Origin: an uncultured Gemmatimonadales bacterium
Lineage (GTDB): Bacteria; Gemmatimonadota; Gemmatimonadetes; Gemmatimonadales; Gemmatimonadaceae
Assembly (NCBI GenBank): GCA_963701965.1
Contig: OY969695.1
Location: 4,928,001 to 4,992,000, forward strand
Reading direction: 5' to 3'
Length of the DNA: 64,000 bases
The position numbers and the translations under genes are program-made. A model generated the notes under the pieces. The model was not told where the DNA came from. It did no database searches and saw nothing but the letters and a program-made list of their open reading frames with translations. Position 1 is the stretch's first letter. Each line of letters begins with the position of its first letter. Positions 60,850 to 64,000 of the stretch are shown piece after piece.

Positions 60850-62031
60850 TGGCCAAAGCCAGCCTCCGGTCCTTGACCGACGCCCAGCTCCGCGGCAAGC
60901 GCGCGCTGGTGCGCGTGGACTTCAACGTCCCGCTCGACGCCCGCCGGCACATCACCGACGATACCCGCATGCGGGCCGCCGTCCCGACGATCGAGTACCT
61001 GTTGTCGCGCGGGGCGCGCGTCGTACTGCTGTCGCACTTCGGCCGCCCCAAGGGGAAACCCGAGCCCCAGTTCTCGTTGGCGCCGGTCGCCCGTCACCTC
61101 AATGACCTGTTGCCCCAGAAAGTCGCGTTCTCCGACAGCCTGGATCTCGCCGCGCTCGCGCGGTCGACCGCGCCGCTCGTCCTGGTCGAGAATACGCGCT
61201 TCTTTCCGGGCGAAGAGAAAAACGACGACGCGCTGGCCCGCCAGTTCGCCCAGCTCGGCGATCTGTTTGTGAACAATGCGTTCGGCGCGGCCCACCGCGC
61301 CCACGCGTCGACCGAAGGCGTGGCGCACCATCTCCACCCGGCCGTCGCCGGGCTGCTCATGGAGCGCGAGCTGGACTATCTGGGTCGCGCCCTCGACCGG
61401 CCCGACCGTCCCTTTGTCTCCATCCTCGGCGGCGCCAAGATCTCGGGGAAGATCGACGTGCTCGAGGCGCTCTTGCCGAAGGTCGACGGGATGTTGGTCG
61501 GCGGCGCCATGGCCTCCACGTTTTTTCGCGCCATGGGACTGGAGACCGGCACCTCGCTCGTCGAGCCGGACCGGGTGGAGATGGCCCAGACCCTGTTGGA
61601 ACGCTGGGGCCCGCGCCTCACATTGCCGCACGACGTGATGGTCGCGCCGTCGCTCGAATGCGCCGGCCACGGCCCACGTCGTGAAGCGGGACGCCATTCC
61701 CAAGAACGAAGCGGTCTACGACATCGGTCCCGCGTCAATGGCCTCGTTCAGCCGGGCGATTCTGTCGGCGCGCACCGTGTTGTGGAACGGCCCGATGGGC
61801 GTGTTCGAGAAATCCCCATTCGACGCCGGGACCAACGCCATCGCCGAAGCCATGGCCACGGCCACGGCGCACGGCGTGACGACGATCGTCGGCGGCGGGG
61901 ATTCGGCGGCGGCGGTGGCGCAAGCCGGTCTCGATACCCAAATGACCCACGTCTCGACCGGCGGCGGCGCTTCGCTCGAGTATCTCGAAGGCAAGGTGCT
62001 GCCCGGTGTGGCGGCGCTCGACGACGCGTGA
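60849..62031 (+). CDS. pgk: Phosphoglycerate kinase (apparent +1 frameshift at ~61657)
   Basis: [22 protein letters not shown] in one frame; [27 protein letters not shown] in ORF 61681..62031. Confidence 0.93.
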
Positions 62032-62783
62032 GCGCGCAGCGGATCCTGGCCGCCAACTGGAAGATGCACCTGGGCCCGCAAGCGGCCCTGGCGTATATGC
62101 AGGTATTTCTCGAGGCGTATCCGGCGCCGCTTCCGGGGCGCACGGTCGTCTTTGCACCGCCCGCCGCCTCGCTGTCGGCTGTCGCCAATGCCGTCCGCGG
62201 GCGCAGCGATCTCACAGTTGGAGCGCAGAACATTCACTGGGAGGAGAAAGGCGCGCTCACTGGTGAGATGTCGGGCCTGATCGCACGCGAGGCCGGCGCC
62301 GCGATCGCGCTCGTGGGACATTCGGAGCGCCGGAGGAAATTCGGGGAAACCGACGCCGACACGGCGCGCAAGTGCGCGGCGGCGGTCCGCGTTGGCCTCA
62401 CGCCAATGCTGTGCGTCGGCGAGACGGACGATGAGCGCCAGGTCGGGCGGACGTCGGACGTCGTCGCCCGACAACTGCGGGCCGGGTTGTCCGAGTTGTC
62501 GCCCGACGCCATCCGACACGCAATGGTCGCCTACGAGCCCGTCTGGGCCATTGGCACCGGGCGCAACGCGACGCCGGAAGACGCCGCGCTCGTCCACGCC
62601 TTCTTGCGCACGGTGCTCGCCGAGCTGGTCGGCGAACACGCCCTGGGGATCCCGATTTTATACGGCGGCAGCGTGTCGACGGCGAACTGTCGGACCTTGC
62701 TATCGGCAGATAACGTCGACGGACTCCTCGTGGGAGGGGCCAGCCTCGACCCGATCGGGTGGGCCGAGATCGCCCGCACTTGA
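62028..62783 (+). CDS. tpiA: Triosephosphate isomerase
   Basis: [37 protein letters not shown]. Confidence 0.97.
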   Translation: MSAQRILAANWKMHLGPQAALAYMQVFLEAYPAPLPGRTVVFAPPAASLSAVANAVRGRSDLTVGAQNIHWEEKGALTGEMSGLIAREAGAAIALVGHSERRRKFGETDADTARKCAAAVRVGLTPMLCVGETDDERQVGRTSDVVARQLRAGLSELSPDAIRHAMVAYEPVWAIGTGRNATPEDAALVHAFLRTVLAELVGEHALGIPILYGGSVSTANCRTLLSADNVDGLLVGGASLDPIGWAEIART

Positions 62784-62851
62784 CGTCCGATCGCAAGTCA
62801 ATGCATTATTGGAAGTTAGCTTAAACCCAGGCCTCTTGATTCGGACGGCGT

Positions 62852-63232
62852 GTGTACACGGTACTCCTGGTCCTGCTCCTACTCGACAGTGCGGTGCTCG
62901 TCGCGGCGGTTCTGCTGCAGAGCGGAAAGGGCGGCGGCGTGGCCGCCAGCTTTGGCGGCGTCAGCTCGTCGACTGATGCGTTCATCGGCACGCGGCAAGC
63001 CGGCAACCTGCTGACCAAGATGAGTTGGTGGACCGGCGGGATCTTTCTCGGCCTGGCCTTCGTGCTCCAAGTGATGTCGACCCGCGGCCGCGCGCCCTCA
63101 TCGGTGTTGGACAAGACCTTCGCCCGTCCGCCCGCGTCGGCGCCCGCGCCGCAAAACGCGCCGTCGAGCGCGGTGCCGTTGCAGTCCGCTCCGCCCGCGG
63201 CCCCTGTGCCTGGGACGGTGCCGAAGAAGTGA
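62852..63232 (+). CDS. secG: Preprotein translocase subunit SecG
   Basis: [17 protein letters not shown]...GNLLTK; tpiA-secG synteny. Confidence 0.92.
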   Translation: MYTVLLVLLLLDSAVLVAAVLLQSGKGGGVAASFGGVSSSTDAFIGTRQAGNLLTKMSWWTGGIFLGLAFVLQVMSTRGRAPSSVLDKTFARPPASAPAPQNAPSSAVPLQSAPPAAPVPGTVPKK

Positions 63233-64000
63233 GCAGCACGCCGGGGTTTCTGCTGTTGGAGGACGGATCAGTCTACGGCGGACGGCTGCGAACCGGTGCG
63301 CCTGACGCGGTGGCCGAGGTCGTGTTCACGACGAACATGACGGGATACCAAGAGGTGTTCACCGACCCTTCGTATCGCGGCCAGATCGTCGTGATGACGG
63401 CGCCGCAGATCGGGAACTACGGCGTGAACGCGGAAGATCCCGAATCGGCGCAACCGCAGATTTCCGGCGTGGTCGTACGCGAGCTCTCACCGACGTACTC
63501 GAACTGGCGGGCGACTGGTTCACTTGCCGACTGGTTAGCCGAGTCGCAAGTGCCTGTGCTGAGCGATGTTGACACAAGAAAGCTCACGCGGCACTTGAGG
63601 TCGCACGGGGTGATGCGCGGCGTGATTGGCGCTGGTGACCACCCGACGCCGGCGCTGGCGGCGGCGATCAAGGGCAGCCCTTCGATGGAGGGGCTCGACC
63701 TGGCGACCGTGGTGTCGACGCGCGCGCCCTACGTGTGGGGCGACCCACTCGCACCGCTCCACGTGGTCGCCTACGACTATGGGATCAAGCGCAATATTCT
63801 GCGGCTGCTGGACGCGCACGGCTGCCGCATTACGATCGTCCCGGCCGGGACGCCCGCGGCCGAGGTGTTGGCCATGGAGCCCGATGGGGTCTTCCTGTCC
63901 AATGGCCCCGGTGATCCGGCGGCGGTCGACTACGCCTCCAAGACGATCCGCGACATCGGCGATACGGGCATGCCGATATTCGGGATTTGCCTGGGCCACC
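63229..64000 (+). CDS. carA: Carbamoyl-phosphate synthase small subunit (partial, runs off right edge)
   Basis: Manual translation from GTG 63229: [56 protein letters not shown]. Confidence 0.95.
   Translation, partial: MSSTPGFLLLEDGSVYGGRLRTGAPDAVAEVVFTTNMTGYQEVFTDPSYRGQIVVMTAPQIGNYGVNAEDPESAQPQISGVVVRELSPTYSNWRATGSLADWLAESQVPVLSDVDTRKLTRHLRSHGVMRGVIGAGDHPTPALAAAIKGSPSMEGLDLATVVSTRAPYVWGDPLAPLHVVAYDYGIKRNILRLLDAHGCRITIVPAGTPAAEVLAMEPDGVFLSNGPGDPAAVDYASKTIRDIGDTGMPIFGICLGH

Noticed and set aside
60747..62783. Apparent PGK-TPI fusion ORF (678 aa), reminiscent of Thermotoga
   Set aside because: The ORF leaves PGK sequence at ~61657; the real PGK C-terminus is in another frame and ends at 62031. 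One extra A at a GATG site explains it, and tpiA has its own GTG start.

Overview
GC-rich bacterial window, most consistent with Gemmatimonadota (inferred from gene content and style; not searched). Left edge: end of an ABC-type permease, tRNA-Leu(CAA), a secreted S41 peptidase and a hypothetical protein. 3.2-33.3 kb: two tandem ~15-kb copies of a nine-gene locus: ECF sigma, FecR, SusC-like TonB-dependent transporter, SusD-like lipoprotein, Ig/cupredoxin-like lipoprotein, Tat-exported TldD, TldE, thioredoxin-like secreted protein and M16 (PqqL-like) protease. This is the best candidate for an undescribed system, a PUL-like peptide/protein import locus. Its TldD has lost all zinc-protease residues and its cupredoxin-like domain has lost its copper ligands. 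The two copies share effector genes but carry unrelated-looking sigma/FecR/signalling-domain modules. A TAG(G/A/T)G(G/A)-N17-GT ECF-type promoter motif recurs at six gene starts. 33.4-43.6 kb: MoxR/DUF58/BatA/DUF4159 operon, GNAT, cytochrome P450 and a MenA1/MenT1-like toxin-antitoxin pair. 43.7-64 kb: core genes (ppc, pepA, OM receptor, yicC, gmk, rpoZ, coaBC, udg, dnaB, radA, ispD, tsaC, LMW phosphatase, aroE, gap, pgk, tpiA, secG, carA). About ten single-base frameshifts occur, including one in pgk. Most of them, and many Asp/Asn swaps, fall on GATG/CATC, suggesting a methylation-linked sequencing artefact rather than true pseudogenes. All family calls are from motif recognition by eye.
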